Assembly (NCBI GenBank): GCA_951406725.2
Contig: OX597814.1
Coordinates: 103,602,001-103,666,000 of the forward strand
Source: Octopus vulgaris
Taxonomy: Eukaryota
DNA length: 64,000 bases
Reading direction: 5' to 3'
Position 1 is the stretch's first letter. The number at the start of each line of letters is the position of its first letter. The notes under the pieces were generated by a model. It saw only the letters and a program-made list of their open reading frames with translations. It was not told the DNA's origin and searched no databases. The position numbers and the translations under genes are program-made. This document shows, piece after piece, positions 46,371 through 61,742 of the stretch.

Positions 46371-46544
46371 GCTGTTGTCTTTAATAGTTTCATGCAAGTT
46401 CCTACTGCATCACCAGACTCACCTCCATGTTCTTGCTGTGTATTTGTGCTCTTGGTCCTTGTTTATTTCATTGGTTTTTGCTTGTTTTTGGTGCTATTCT
46501 AATATTCAAGTAGTGTCACTTGTGGTGTGTATATGCATACAAAC

Positions 46545-46579
<35 letters not shown>

Positions 46580-48024
46580 TATTATCATTTCATGTTTATC
46601 TTCCATGCTGGCATGGGTTATGTACGTATGTATATTTTGATTGTTGTCGTGTGTTTAAATGTCAGTGTGTATAATATTTAATGTGTGTAGTGTTAGTGGA
46701 TTTCAGCTGCGTAAAATGTGGGTTGTGTGAATTGTTGGTTTGATGGTGTCTATTATTATTATTATTTTTGGTAGCTGCAGCTGGCCATATCAGTGGGACA
46801 CTGGATGCGTGTCTTACAGTAGCATATGTGTTTATCTTCTGAGTCCAAATTTTGCTGGGGTTAATTCTTAACATGTAATACCAGTAATGTACTGGGGAGG
46901 GGGGAACTATACCACTCATTCCAAAATATCTGGTCAGACACCAATCTATACTCGATACAACAGCCAACTGGTTACAGTGCAGGGGCAAATAATGGGTTGT
47001 GAATTTGTAGCTTTATGCTGCCTACATTTAACCATGGGCATTTAAATATATAAATAAATAAAATATAAATATTAATCATAAAAAAGAAAATATTCCACCT
47101 TCCATATATGGCCATGCTAGCCATTTACATTGGTTGGAGCCAAGCTGACCATGGCTATTAAATAATACTGCAGAGTGAGGCTGAAGTTGTAAACTTTATG
47201 GACAATGTACTTGTCCACTTAGATTTTGGACATTATATAATTATTCTTTAACAAGAATGGTATTGACACTGTCAGTGCTATTCTGGTTAAAGAATAATAA
47301 ATTTTTACTCTAGCAAATGTATTGAGTAGTCTTCAGTTTACTGTAAAATTGTTTTTATTATAAAAACCAAATGTGTGTGTGCTCAGTCTTTGCTGCTCAA
47401 TTCAGGAACTGGACCCAATTCTTGAGACCATATTTTGCTTTGGAAGAAAAGTGTATTAGCTTTAGTAATGCTGCTCTGTGTGTGTGTATACGCACAGACA
47501 AAGAAGAGCAGATAGGTTCTACTTAGTAGTAGTAGTACTACTACTACTATTACTGTTTGCTCTAATATGAGAATTCAATGAAAGTTATTTGTTGAGCAAA
47601 AGTTTATTGTTCAAAGTGGACAGTTCAATACCTGCCAGTGGTCAGTAATTTCGTCCCCAGTAACAGGAATATATCCTCATCATCACCATCATCTTCATAC
47701 TACATCTACTTTTTACTGCTGGCATGGATTAAACAGGTCCTCACGGCCCTCATCATCTAACACACACACACGCATACAAGTGCACACGGCAACAGAGGAA
47801 ACTGGTCAACTTTGTTGCATGTGGGTTACTGTGTAAACTGCAGATGGCTTATTGTGCCACCTTCGTGGCACAATACAGTGGCACAGTCTGTAGAGAGATG
47901 CTATCAGATGAAAGCATCTTCTGTGCTCTGAATCTGTTCTTCTTTGGGAGTTGTTGTTCATGTAGATGGGTTGCCTGTTGGAGGACTTATGGAATCTATG
48001 TCTTGCCTGTATGGTCCATATCTG

Positions 48025-48260
48025 GTATGTATGCATGTATGTATATGCATGTATGTATGTGTATGTATGTATATGCATGTATGTATATGCATGCATGTAT
48101 GTATATGCATGCATGTATGTATATGCATGCATGTATGTATATGCATGCATGTATGTATGTATATGCATGCATGCATGTATGTATATGCATGCATGCATGT
48201 ATGTATATGCATGTATGTACACATGTATGTATGTATGTATGTATGCATATGCATGTATGC
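48025..48260. repeat. (ATGT/ATGC)n compound microsatellite
   Basis: Direct inspection. Confidence 0.95.
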
Positions 48261-48612
48261 TTAGGAGTACAACACTTAATGTTCAGGGTTCAAATCCCAG
48301 AGACCAACTTTATGTTTTATCCTCAAAGAGTCCAAACAATAAAGTAGCAATCAAGTACCAGGGTTCATTTGATTTAATCACTCCCCACCCTGGGCCTATG
48401 TAAGGAATTATTATTTATTATTATTATTTTTACATCAAGATGGTGGATTGGTGAATTTATCAGAAATTGAAAAGAAATGCAACATTGTATTTTCTCTGGT
48501 TCTTTACTTACTGAGTTCAAATCTCAGTTAACTTTGCTTTTCATCCCTCCAGGGTCAATAAAGTAAAATACCTCCCCTCAAAGTTACTGGCCTTGTTCCC
48601 AAATTACAAAAC

Positions 48613-48650
<38 letters not shown>

Positions 48651-49077
48651 ATATAGACCCTCTATTGGCTGTATTTTGTCTTACAGTCTGTTCTCTATGG
48701 CTGTGCCCTATTATATCTACAAAGGAATGATGAACATTTATATAAATATATCTTGTAATGATTCTGTATTGAAACAATCATAATAACAACTTTGCTGTTT
48801 GTGTAAGATGCCGTTGAACCTTATTTGTGTGTTGTTGTTGTTGTGTTACTTGTGATAACGAGTCTTATATTAGTTTGCATTGCATTGCATTGCAATGCCT
48901 CATTATGAATATATTGTCAGGAACAGGACATAACTGTCTGTCTAATTATCTACACACACACACACACACACTCACATGGAGATTTTCTTATACAAGACGT
49001 ACATACATAGACACATATTTACACATACTGGAAACCCTTTAAGAACAAACATACACATGCCATCTCTCTCTGTCTCA

Positions 49078-49443
49078 TATATATGTGTGTGTGTGTGTGT
49101 GTATGATATATTATGTGATATATATATATGATATGTGTGTGATATATATGTATGTGATATATATGTATGTGATATATATGTATGTGATATATATGTATGT
49201 GATATATATATATGTATGTGATATATATATATGTATGTGATATATATATATATATATATATATGTATATGATATGTATATGATATATATGTATATGATAT
49301 GTATATGATATATATGTATATGATATATATGTATATGATATGTATATGATATATATGTATATGATATGTATATGATATGTATATGATATATATGTATATG
49401 ATATGTATATGATATATATATGTATATGCTATATATATATATG

Positions 49444-49478
<35 letters not shown>

Positions 49479-49480
49479 TG

Positions 49481-49514
<34 letters not shown>

Positions 49515-49576
49515 GATATATATATATGATATATATGTATATGATATATATGTATATGATATATATGTATATGATA

Positions 49577-49623
<47 letters not shown>

Positions 49624-49628
49624 GTATA

Positions 49629-49700
<72 letters not shown>

Positions 49701-49713
49701 GATATATATATAT

Positions 49714-49785
<72 letters not shown>

Positions 49786-49839
49786 TATATGATATATATA
49801 TATATATATATATATGATATATATATATATATATGTATA

Positions 49840-49915
<76 letters not shown>

Positions 49916-49989
49916 GATATATATATATATATATATATATTGATATATATATATATATATATATATGTTATGTTATGTATATATATATT

Positions 49990-50025
<36 letters not shown>

Positions 50026-53000
50026 TGTATATGATATATATATATATGTATATGATATATATATATATGTATATGATATATATATATATATGTATATGAT
50101 ATATATATATATATATGTATATGATATATATATATGTATATGATATATATGAGGTATGATGTCCTCACTGCCGAAACAGCTGTCAGTTTTGATTTATTTG
50201 CATATTGTATTTGTAATTTTTTACTTATATCTCTTTATCTTTTTACTTTTACTATTACTGTATATCTCATTTCATTTTATATATTGCCTTTACTCCTATG
50301 TAATGGTGTATTAAAGTATGGATTGAGTATCATCGGATAGTTGATGTTTTATTGATTTAAGTATGTTTTTCCATTCTCTAATTTTGTAGTATTAATTTAC
50401 GGTAATATTATTACCCTTACCCATTTAATACAATAGATGAACTGATTGCTTGACAATTTCTAACATCTATGTATTAATTTTGTTGGGTACATATCTAGCA
50501 GTATATTGGATATATATTATCCCATGGTGGGTTGAATTTTCAACCCCTATCTCATTTTATAACCTATATATGTATATGATATATATATGTATATGATATA
50601 TATATGTATATGATATATATATATATATATATGTATATGATATATATGTATATGATATATATGTATATGATATATATATGTATATGATATATATATGTAT
50701 ATGATATATATATGTATATGATATATATGTATATGATATATATGTATATGATATATATATGTATATGATATATATATGTATATGATATATATATATATAT
50801 ATGTATATGACATATATATATATGTATATGATATATATATGTATATGATATATATATGTATATGATATATATATGTATATATATGTATATGACATATATA
50901 TATATGTATATGACATATATATATATGTATATGATATATATATGTATATGATATATATATGTATATATATGTATATGACATATATATATATATATATATG
51001 ATATATATATGTATATGATATATATATGTATATGATATATATATATGTATATGATATATATATATATATATATATGATATATATATATATATGTATATGA
51101 TATATATATGTATATGATATATATATATATATGTATATGATATATATATATATATGTATATGATATATATATGTATATGATATATATATATGTATATGTA
51201 TATGATATATATATGTATATGTATATGATATATATATGTATATGTATATGATATATATATATGTATATGTATATATATATGTATATGTATATGATATATA
51301 TATATGTATATGATATATATATATGTATATGTATATATATATGTATATGTATATGATATATATATATGTATATGATATATATATATGTATATGATATATA
51401 TATATATGTATATTATGTATATGTATATGTATATATATATGTATATGTATATGATATATATATATATATGTATATGATATATATATATGTATATGATATA
51501 TATATATATGTATATGATATATATATATATATATGTATATGATATATATATATATATATATTGTATATGATATATATATATATGTATATGATATATATAT
51601 ATATATGTATATGATATATATATATGTATATGATGATATATATATGTATATGTATATGATATATGTATATGTATATGATATATATATATGTATATGTATA
51701 TGTATATGATATATATATATGTATATGATATATATATATGTATATGATATATATATATATGTATATTATGTATATGTATATGTATATATATATGTATATG
51801 TATATGATATATATATATGTATATGATATATATATATGTATATGTATATGATATATATATATATATGTATATTATGTATATGTATATGTATATATATATG
51901 TATATGTATATGATATATATATATGTATATGATATATATATGTATATGATATATATATATGTATATGTATATGATATATATATATGTATATGATATATGT
52001 ATATGTATATGATATATATATATGTATATGATATATATATATGTATATGTATATGATATATATATATGTATATGTATATGATATATATATATGTATATGA
52101 TATATATGTATATGATGTATATGATATATATATATGTATATGTATATGATATATATATATGTATATGATATATATGTATATGATATATATATATGTATAT
52201 GATATATATGTATATGATATATATATATGTATATGATATATATGTATATGTATATGATATATGTATATGATATATATATATATGTATATGATATATATAT
52301 ATATGTATATGATATATGTATATGATATATATATATATGTATATGATATATGTATATGATATATATATATATGTATATGATATATATATATATATGTATA
52401 TGATATATGTATATGATATGTATATGTATATGATATATATATATGTATATGATATATATATATATGATATATATATATGATATATATATATATATGTATA
52501 TGATATATATATATATATGTATATGATATATGATATATATGTATATGATATATATATATATGTATATGATATATATATATATGTATATGATATATATATA
52601 TATATGTATATGATATATATATATATATGTATATGTATATGATATATATATATATATATGTATATGATATATGTATATGATATATGTATATGATATATAT
52701 ATATATGTATATGTATATGTATATGATATGTATATGATATGTATATGATATATATATATATATGTATATGATATATATAGATGTATGTATGTGATATATA
52801 TAGATGTATGTATGTGATAGATATATATATACATGTATATATATATATATATATGATATATATACATGTATATATATAATGTGATATAGATATATGTAAT
52901 ATATATATATATATATATGATATATATACATGTATATATATATTGTGATATAGATATATGTAATATATATATATATATATGATATATATACATGTATATA

Positions 53001-53135
53001 TATATTGTGTTATAGATATATGTGATATATATATATATATATGATATATATACATGTATATATATATTGTGTTATAGATATATGTGATATATATATATAT
53101 ACATGTATATACATATTGTGAAATATATATATATA
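49078..53135. repeat. ~4-kb (TA)n/TATGA compound microsatellite with a ~410-bp unique island
   Basis: Direct inspection; island at ~50150-50562. Confidence 0.97.
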
Positions 53136-54179
53136 AAACTATAGAAAAAAGCTACAGAAAATAATATATAGTAATATATGTATAAAAGATGGAATGAACA
53201 AGCTTTAATTACAACAATTGTTGCTGTGCAATGAAACAAACATTTGTGATTTGTGATTAAAACCTGTTCATTCCATCTTCTTGTTTTATAAGTCTTTATA
53301 TAAATTTTGTATACACTAACTTGTATATCCAGTAAAAGGGATAATCCTATTGTATGATGGCATGTGTTAGCTGATAAGCTCATGTGTATTTCAAAGCTTC
53401 TTTATGGTTATTGCCTTGATGATATTAAATATATACGAACACATCTTCATTCATTAATGATGATACTGTGTCTATAAATATACTTGCCAAAGTAAGAGTA
53501 TATATCTTTACAGAAGATGTGACTCAGACATTGTACTGACAGAAAACGTGACATGTCTTGAAACCTTGACAGTTCAAATTCTGGCAAAGTATGGCCAACC
53601 AAAACGTCACTTAACATCAATCAACCTCATTATAGATGTACGGTGAGATTGTATAATTTCTGAATAGCAGAGTTATTAATTAAATGTGAGGTTTGATTAT
53701 GAGGTATAGTTTTTAATTAAAGTTTTAAATTTGAAATTTAGAACACCTTTACTAATGGTTTTTATAATGAGCTTAACAACTATACCACCACCACCACCAC
53801 CATCATCATGACCATCGTTAATGTTCATTTTTCTGTGCTTGCATGGGTCAGATGGAATATTTTTTTCTGGTTGGATGACCTTCGTGTCAACTCTCACCTT
53901 GTTTCCCCAAACCCAGAGAAGGTTTTTCAGGGAAGACAAAAAATGAACAGCATCACTTGTATGACGCTGATGCTCATTTACAGCCATCAAGAAAAGGGTA
54001 GATGCACACACATACACACACCATGCAACAGGTTTCTTTTCAGTTTCTGCCTACCAAATCCAGCCACGAGTCTTTGGTTGGCCAGGGACTATCGTAAAAG
54101 ACACTTGCCAAAGCTGTTGAGAACCCAAGATCACATGGCTGAGGAGCATGCCTCTTAAAGTACATTAGTTGCACCTGTG

Positions 54180-54219
<40 letters not shown>

Positions 54220-56738
54220 CATGCATGTCTGTGTGTCTGCAAACAATACTCAAATATTTGTTGTCTCTACCTGGATGTGATATGAAACCTGTATACAAAG
54301 GAATACACAAATGTGTGTGGTCATGGCTGAACGTTATATCAATGGTACCTAAATTATATTAAGCAAACCTAAATTATTCAAGATGCTTTATGTATATCTT
54401 TATTGTCACAGCAGTATATGTTTATATATATATATATATATGTTTATATATAATGTATATGTTAATATATAATTAATCTTAGTACATTGTTAATGTTGTT
54501 GTTATTGAAAACGTCAAAATGGTGACATGTTGGAAGTGTTCCATGATGTTTTGTATCAAAGAAAATCAGTGACTTTTTTTTCAGTACCAGTTTCCGTTGT
54601 TGTTTAAATTTGAAAGCTTGTTATTATTTTCGAATAAAATTGCTTGCTTCTTGTTAATCTTGTTTGTTTTAATGAGAAGAGAGAGAGGGAGAGAGAGAAA
54701 CAGCAATTGAGGGTGAGGAGGGATTTCGGTATTTGGTAAGGTGTTGCTACTTTACATTGGGTTCCTTGTCAGGGCTCTTAACTCAGTACACTTGGCTGAT
54801 GGCAGGTACCACACAGTCGTATAATTCTTGGCTTCTTTTCTTGAACATGCCATTGACTTGCAACCCTGCATTCAATTTCTGGTGTGTGTGTGTGGGGGGG
54901 GGGGGGGCTATGATCTCCTACCCAGATTTTTTTTTTCTTTTCCCAGAGAAATTATTCTGAAATAGAGGATCAACCACTTTTTCTGTATTGAGACTCTCTT
55001 AGACATCTTTTCAGAAATCAATATTTAGGTGAGGCTGTAATCTTACGATACACCTAACTCGCCTGAAATGCTTCAAATCATATTGGTCTTCTTTTTTATC
55101 ATAAATTGCATCTGTATCAAAAATATGTTTATATAATGAATTGATATTCTTTTGCTTACGTTCTTGATGACTGATTGGAACCATTGTTAATGAGTTTCTT
55201 CTACTTAATGATGTTTAAGTTGAAAGTAATGTCAAGAAATTCATGTTGCACATATTTGTAGAAATGGTTATTTTTTACTCTTCAGACCACACACACTGTA
55301 CTAAAATATTCTTGGTCCAAATGTTATTACTATGAGAATCATATTCTGGTGTTTTATTTGATCTACACCAATTTAATATATACCAATATTTTGTTACAGA
55401 TATTTTATGAAATCCCGCTAAAATATCGACTAGATAACTTGTCTATACATCGTCTGTTCATTGAAATTTAGCCATGAAAAGATGGAGGTCGAAATTAAGA
55501 TGCTGATAAGTCTTATTCTGTGTTTATGTAGTGTATGGTCATTAGCAAATTGTACTAGGGTTAACCCATCGTCTCGATATACACCTCTAAATGTAAATTC
55601 TTTATGGCATCTAAGATGTAGACGCTGCCAAGAAAAGCCGATTGTCCAGTGTTAAGTGGTCCCAACTAATCTATGGGTTAAGCTGGAGTTGGGCCATGAT
55701 ATGAATTGTCATGACATCCGCTACATAGGAATATCAGCACCTGTTTTAAAACAGTGGGCGTATGTGTGTGTAAAAATACAGTGACGAAATGTCTTCCTTT
55801 CGGTAAGAAAGATAAATGTAATATGGAATACTATTATTGAACATTTTTGTCTTGAGAAAAATTATAGTGTATCTATGTTTAAAATTTATATAGTTTTTGT
55901 AACATAATGTATATCTAAAATCTATTTTGCGTTTCTAATATACGTTTAAAACACAGCGATGCTCTGAAATAATTGTATTGATGTTATAACCCTTTGACAT
56001 GCTGAAGGTCACTGTTTAATAAGTTTGGTTGCATGGCGTTCTATAATGTTTTGGTTTGATAAAATACTTCAGATTTCTCTACACCAGAACACAAATATGT
56101 GTTGCTTTATGAAGCGATCGTTTAATTAGCATTTCACACCTGCCTGATCGAAATTCCATATTACTTCGGCACCAGTAAAGGAAATGACACAACTATTGTC
56201 TTGTCGAAAAAAAATCGGTTAAAAATTTAAAAAAAATATTAAGAATAAGAATAATTTAGTACGATGAATATATTTGAAGCTAACCTCAACCATATTTCAA
56301 GCAGCAGCAAACGGTGTGGTTGTGCGAGGGCATGGCACAAATTGAGTCAGCTAAAATGATTTGATGTTTGTCATGTCCCACCCCACGGACACATTTACCT
56401 CTCAATCTCTAAGTCCAGTCGATTTTGGTTCCGTTTACCTTAACCGGATCTCTTCTATGTACAGTGGCGTCTGATTGATGGAGAAACTAAATGGCCACTT
56501 GTTGCAACTGTTATTAGTGTTTCAACGTCCACTTTTCCACGAAATTCATTGGGAGTAGCTTCTTACGGCCGGATCCCGTTCCTGTCACCAACTCTTGTTT
56601 CCACTTAAGGTAATATTTTCTCGATGGTCAGACGTTTTTCATAAGAAACTGGAAGGGATTAACATTACGAAAATGTTGTCAAGACAACGGGACACATAAT
56701 CGCGCGTACACGATTACATTCATGCACAAATATATATA

Positions 56739-57910
56739 AAGGGTGCGGTAAATAAATTGTATAAATTACGCAAAAATGAAAATAATAGCTAACATCTCAT
56801 TTTAACAGATATATTTACCAAAATTACATAAAAATATCTTAAAATACTAGAAAGTAAATTTATTCAATAAAATTGCCATTAGCTTCAACCACAGTCTCTT
56901 GCAGCTCTTCTGGATGGTCTCCTTGTTTAAGTTGGTGAATGCTGCCATAATCCTTGCCTTCAGCTCATCCTTGGTGTTACAAGGAGGTTTCTTGGTCTCT
57001 CGCTCAACCGCGCCCCACACCTAATAATCAAGGGCGTTGCAGTCTGGGGAGTTAGCTGGCCAGATGTTAGGGGTGGTGTGGTTGCAGAAATTGTCTGACA
57101 CCCATGACTGGGTTCTGCTTATGTGGCATGGTGCAGAGTCCTGTTATCAGACAGAGGGTCTTCCAGCAGCCACCCTCTTCACCCAGGGCAGCACTACCTC
57201 CTCCAGGTACTTGATGTAGGCCTCCGTGTTGAGTGTGAGGTTGTGTGAGAAGATGAATGGAAGCGTAATGTCGCCATCATTAGTGATCACTCCAAACACC
57301 ATGATGTTGATTGGATGTTTGATTTTTATCATACTTAGTACATGTTTTGGGGGACATGGTAAGCCAACGGTTGTTCTGTGTGTTCACCATCTGATCCTGG
57401 TAGAAATGTTTCTCGTCTGAGAAAAACCAAAGCATGTTCCGTCGGAGGGGATGCTTGAGTTTGTTCAAAAGCTTCGAAGCGCGGTTTTTCCTTTTGCCCT
57501 CATTGGCGTGTGATAAAAATTGCCCCTTCTTCATCTTGTATGAGGAATACCGAATGTCTTCATGCACAACCTACTTGATAAGAAACTCAGACACTCTCAT
57601 GTCCCTGGTGATGGACCTGATTGACTTGGAGGGGGGATCGTTGTCAATCATGGCCTGGATCTCACCAATAAATTCAGGAATTCTTTTTTCAATCAGAATG
57701 ATCAGAGTGAGTTTTCCAAGCTGCTGTACCTTTGTAATCACCATTAGACTCATCCAACTCTCCGAATCCTCTGCACTGTCCTCAGATTGACATCCAAACA
57801 CTCTGAAATGTTCTTATTGGAGCTTTCGGTGCGAATGCCAGGCAATACAGCATGTTATTTCCAAATTTCTGGTAGAGTCAATTGCGTCATGGTGCTGTTT
57901 TCTCACATAC
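56739..57910 (-). mobile_element. Tc1/mariner-superfamily (maT/DD37D-like) transposon, degenerate, one end missing
   Basis: WFFSDEK, IMVFGVI, QDSAPCH...WPANSPDCNALDY (36 residues between the last two D in this copy); TA followed by AAGGGTGCGG at the terminus. Confidence 0.85.
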
Positions 57911-58535
57911 AATGAAGATAAATGAGATTGTCTGTTTTTCCAAAGGGAAAAACAAAAGAAAATCTAGCTTTTCGGGTGATACAGTTTATCAAATAGAAGA
58001 AAAATGAGCAAGTTTCTCCGCTTTCAATTTTCAGATAGCACCATTCGTACTCACAAAGCTTTGGTCGGCCCGAGGCTATAGAAGAAGACGCCCAAAACGT
58101 CCCACTGTGGGACTGAACTTGGAACCATGTAATTGGGAAGTAAACTTCTTACCACATAGCCACGCCTGCACCTATTATGTTATTTTTGTCTTTTTATAAA
58201 TTGGCGACACAAAGAAAAAAAATATTGGTCTTAACCTTCTTATTTTACTCCCTTAACTCGATGAAGAAATAGTGATGGTGGTAGAATACCGGATTAGGTG
58301 TGGTACCAAATTCTTCAGGATTGCGAAAATAATCAAAGATTGTGTCACTCTTTCGCCAGTTCTCTTTATTACTGCTGTTGTTTTTTTTTCAGTGAAAATG
58401 TCTGAAGATGAGTCTCAGATGTTACAACTCTTAGCCTTAATGTAATCAAACTGGTTGAGAGAGTCACCCAAAATATAGGCCAATCTTCCTAAATAGAGTG
58501 GAAATTTCCGAAACATCGAACTTTCGCCTCTTCCT

Positions 58536-58549
58536 GTTTCTATGGCAAC
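58536..58549. promoter_or_regulatory. RFX X-box motif
   Basis: GTTTCTATGGCAAC matches the 14-bp X-box consensus; overlaps an ETS-like CTTCCTG; lies in transposon-free sequence. Confidence 0.5.
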
Positions 58550-59549
58550 AACTCTTCTTTCTACATGAGTTATTTTCATTTAAAACTTCGAGGCTCAACA
58601 CTACATAAACACTCGCCAGTTACACAACGCTCCTGCCGCTTATAATAAAGCTCAGTTCCCTTTCTGTTCCATATTTTATCCTGAAAGAAAGAATGATGGC
58701 AACACCAAGTAGTCGGGGCTGTTGTTACTGTAATTCTCGGATCCCCTCTGTGTATTGATTCTGATACTAATTCCTTAGATTATGGTTTGTGACCAACTCA
58801 ATTGATATTACGATACTTTGGCTGGACCACATCAGTGTCGTTCTTTTCCGTTATTAACCGATCAATACTTTATTTATTATCCACCTCCCCACCAATACTT
58901 TATTTGTTTTCTCGTATATTCAGGACAGCAGGAACTAAGAAAACAAATATTCGTAGCCCCCTGTGCTGCGCCTTCTCTTTCAGCTGGGCCTATTTCTAGG
59001 GGAAAAATTCTAATTAAAATTATTCTATAAATATATTCTGATACGTTCAAAAATAGCAGCAACTTTCTGTTGTCGAATTTAAGAAAAAAAAAAAAGAATC
59101 TTGAACAGGGAATTTCTTTTCTTTTCTTTTTTTTTTGTGTCTGATTCGGGAAACAGAAGTAAAATAATCTGTTCTAATGATGCCAAACACCCTTCGGTCT
59201 TTATTTGACCCACTGGCTAAAGGAATATGACATTAAGTACAAGACTGGTGGTTACAGAACTCAGTAGTAAGAACTTGGCCTAAAATTTTGAACAGTTTCT
59301 CATTTTTGCTCCGTACTAAAAAAAAAAAAGATGACGAAAAGAATAGAAAGAATTTGAGGAATTTTTTCAATGTTAATGAAAGAAGGAAGATGGAATAACA
59401 GATCAAGGGGCCAAATAGGTTTGAGTTGTGCTCCTTAAATTTTTGATTCGAAACCACATCCAGGTCAACATTAAAATTCTTTTCTACAGAAATAGAATAA
59501 TTAAGTAATGGCATTGATTTATCGATTATATAATCGAGCATATAGTAGG

Positions 59550-59710
59550 GGCATCGATCTCAGTGCTTAACTGGTACTTATTTTTTATTGACGCCGCAGA
59601 GATGAAAGGCAAAGTCAACCTCGGCGGAATTTGAACTCAGAAGGTAAAGATGGACGAAATACCGCTAAGTATTTCTCCCGGCGTGCTAACGATTCTACCA
59701 GCTCGCCGCC
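59550..59710 (-). mobile_element. SINE family B copy
   Basis: GGCGGCGAGCTGGTAGAATCGTTAGCACGCCGG head and central domain. Confidence 0.85.
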
Positions 59711-60279
59711 TTAATAATGATGATGATGATGAGGAGGAGGAGGAGGAGGACAATAGTAAATGCTCTGATGCAGTACCAGGCAGTGGCTCTCGTGGCTTCT
59801 GATTTTAACTGATTGGAAGTGTCCATTGTTTTGTCTTGGTATAAAAGATGGTCTACAGCAAATATTCTGCTCAATGCCACCGATTTACTTGTCAGTTATT
59901 AGACCTTAACCAGTTGAGCAAGTTCCTTGGGGGCTGACGATATGTGCATCTCTGATCACGAGCAGAAGTAGTGCGGAAACATCATAGCCATGTGTTGAGA
60001 GGGATTCTTCGGGGTTTGAATAATTCACCTTTGGAAAGATGGTTGTTTTATTCAGTATCCTTAAAACGAATCTTATTCAGGGACCGTTTGAGTGGGATGG
60101 GCTAGGTCATGCAAGTTCATACGCTGTTTATCTTGATATGAGATCACCATGCCTCGCACATGTGGTTGTGATGCATGTGCCTGGTGTACTCTTATCAGAC
60201 GGGTAGTCACGATGGGTGTATTGGGCTTCGTGTATTTTACCACAGTGTCACTTTGATGGCATGCTCTGCTCTCCCACTC

Positions 60280-60314
<35 letters not shown>

Positions 60315-60462
60315 TCAGGAAAGTATTAGATAGCTGAAAAGGACGAATAACATGGTACCGCAGACTTCAGGTAGTTAACCCGCAACGCATGCAAGACTCC
60401 GGGGGCTCCAACAAAACCTGTGATAAAGAGATGATAATAATAATAATGATGATAACAACAAC

Positions 60463-60512
<50 letters not shown>

Positions 60513-60514
<2 letters not shown>

Positions 60515-61742
60515 GGAAAGGAGGCTGAATGGAAAAAACAATATCAGGACAATGAACCCATTGGCTGTTTCCTTAATGTGACATGGTGCAGATGTTGTTT
60601 GGTGGACAAAGAACGAGCTTGAGGAAATGGACAGGAAAACCAGAAAATTGATGACAATTAACAAGGAACTACACCCCAAAAGCGATACTGACAGACTGTA
60701 TGTGCCTAGGAAGAGGAGTGAAAGAGGCCTCATAGGATGTAAGTTCTGTGTTATAAACGAGAAGAACAGTCTGGGATGGTACATCAAACAGCAGAGTGAA
60801 TCCTTGCATGCTGCTGTTAGAATTAACACTACAATACCTACGGAAAATGTGATGAAACCACAAACATTTAAGAAACAAGATGAAGAAAGAGTAAACAATT
60901 GGAAAATGAAATCACTGCACGAGTAATAACCTCAGAGAATTCAAAGGATAAAAACAAGATCAACTCTTGGAGAAGGCTAAGGAAAAGTGATCTGAAAGAG
61001 TGCACTGATGCATTGATATGCAGCGCCCAGGAACAAGCTCTAAGAACTAATTACACCAAGTTCCAAATAGATAAGAGGAGCGAATCACCCCTTTATAGGA
61101 AGTACGGTAGTAGAAACGAAACAATCTCACATATTGTGGGTGAGTGTAACAACCAGCTGGACCAAAAAGCACTACAAAAGGAGGCACGATAACATGGCTA
61201 AGCTCGTCCACTGGAGGCTATGTGAAAAGTATGGCCTGAACAGAGCATGAACATGAACCAGAAGACACCGAGAACAAGGAACATAAGATACTGTGGGGCT
61301 TTACAATACAATGTGACTCGGAGATCATAGATATTGCAATACCTGGAGATGCACACATAAGTGACAAAGAACCAGAAAAGACTGATAAGTACAGACTACT
61401 AAAAGACTAAAAGACAAAATTACAAGAACGTGGACTATGAAAAGAGAGTGTCATTCCAGTTGTTGTAAGGAACTCAAAGCACTAACAACCAAGTTAGAGA
61501 AATATATCAGAGAAATCAGAATTGACATGAGAGCAGAGCAAGCCCAAAACAACTGCTCTGCTGGGGGACAGCTAGGATTTTTGAAGATTGGTACTTGGAT
61601 GTTGAATGTCTTCTACGATAGTTAACAACCAAGTATCCAAGCTTATGTGTGGAAAGGGACCCTGTGAGAGCTCTGGTAGCAGGCTGATGTCCGCTCTCAC
61701 AGAATCTACCAGAGAAAACAAGACCAATTGCTCTGAGAAGTA
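60513..61742 (+). mobile_element. R4/Dong-clade (RLE) LINE, 3' half, degenerate
   Basis: DRKTRKLMT..LHPKSDTDRLYVPRK, AQEQALRTN, ETISHIVGEC, RHDN..KLVHW, IDIAIPGD; begins right after (TAA)n. Confidence 0.88.

Noticed and set aside
47790-48025. Complex-sequence ORF start (MAYCATFV...)
   Set aside because: No recognisable homology or consistent splice sites; it runs into a microsatellite
49420-53055. Long I/Y/H-rich ORFs up to 794 aa
   Set aside because: Artefacts of a stop-poor (TA)n microsatellite
59930-59990. CTGACGA...GAAAC hammerhead-like spacing
   Set aside because: Stems I and II do not pair convincingly
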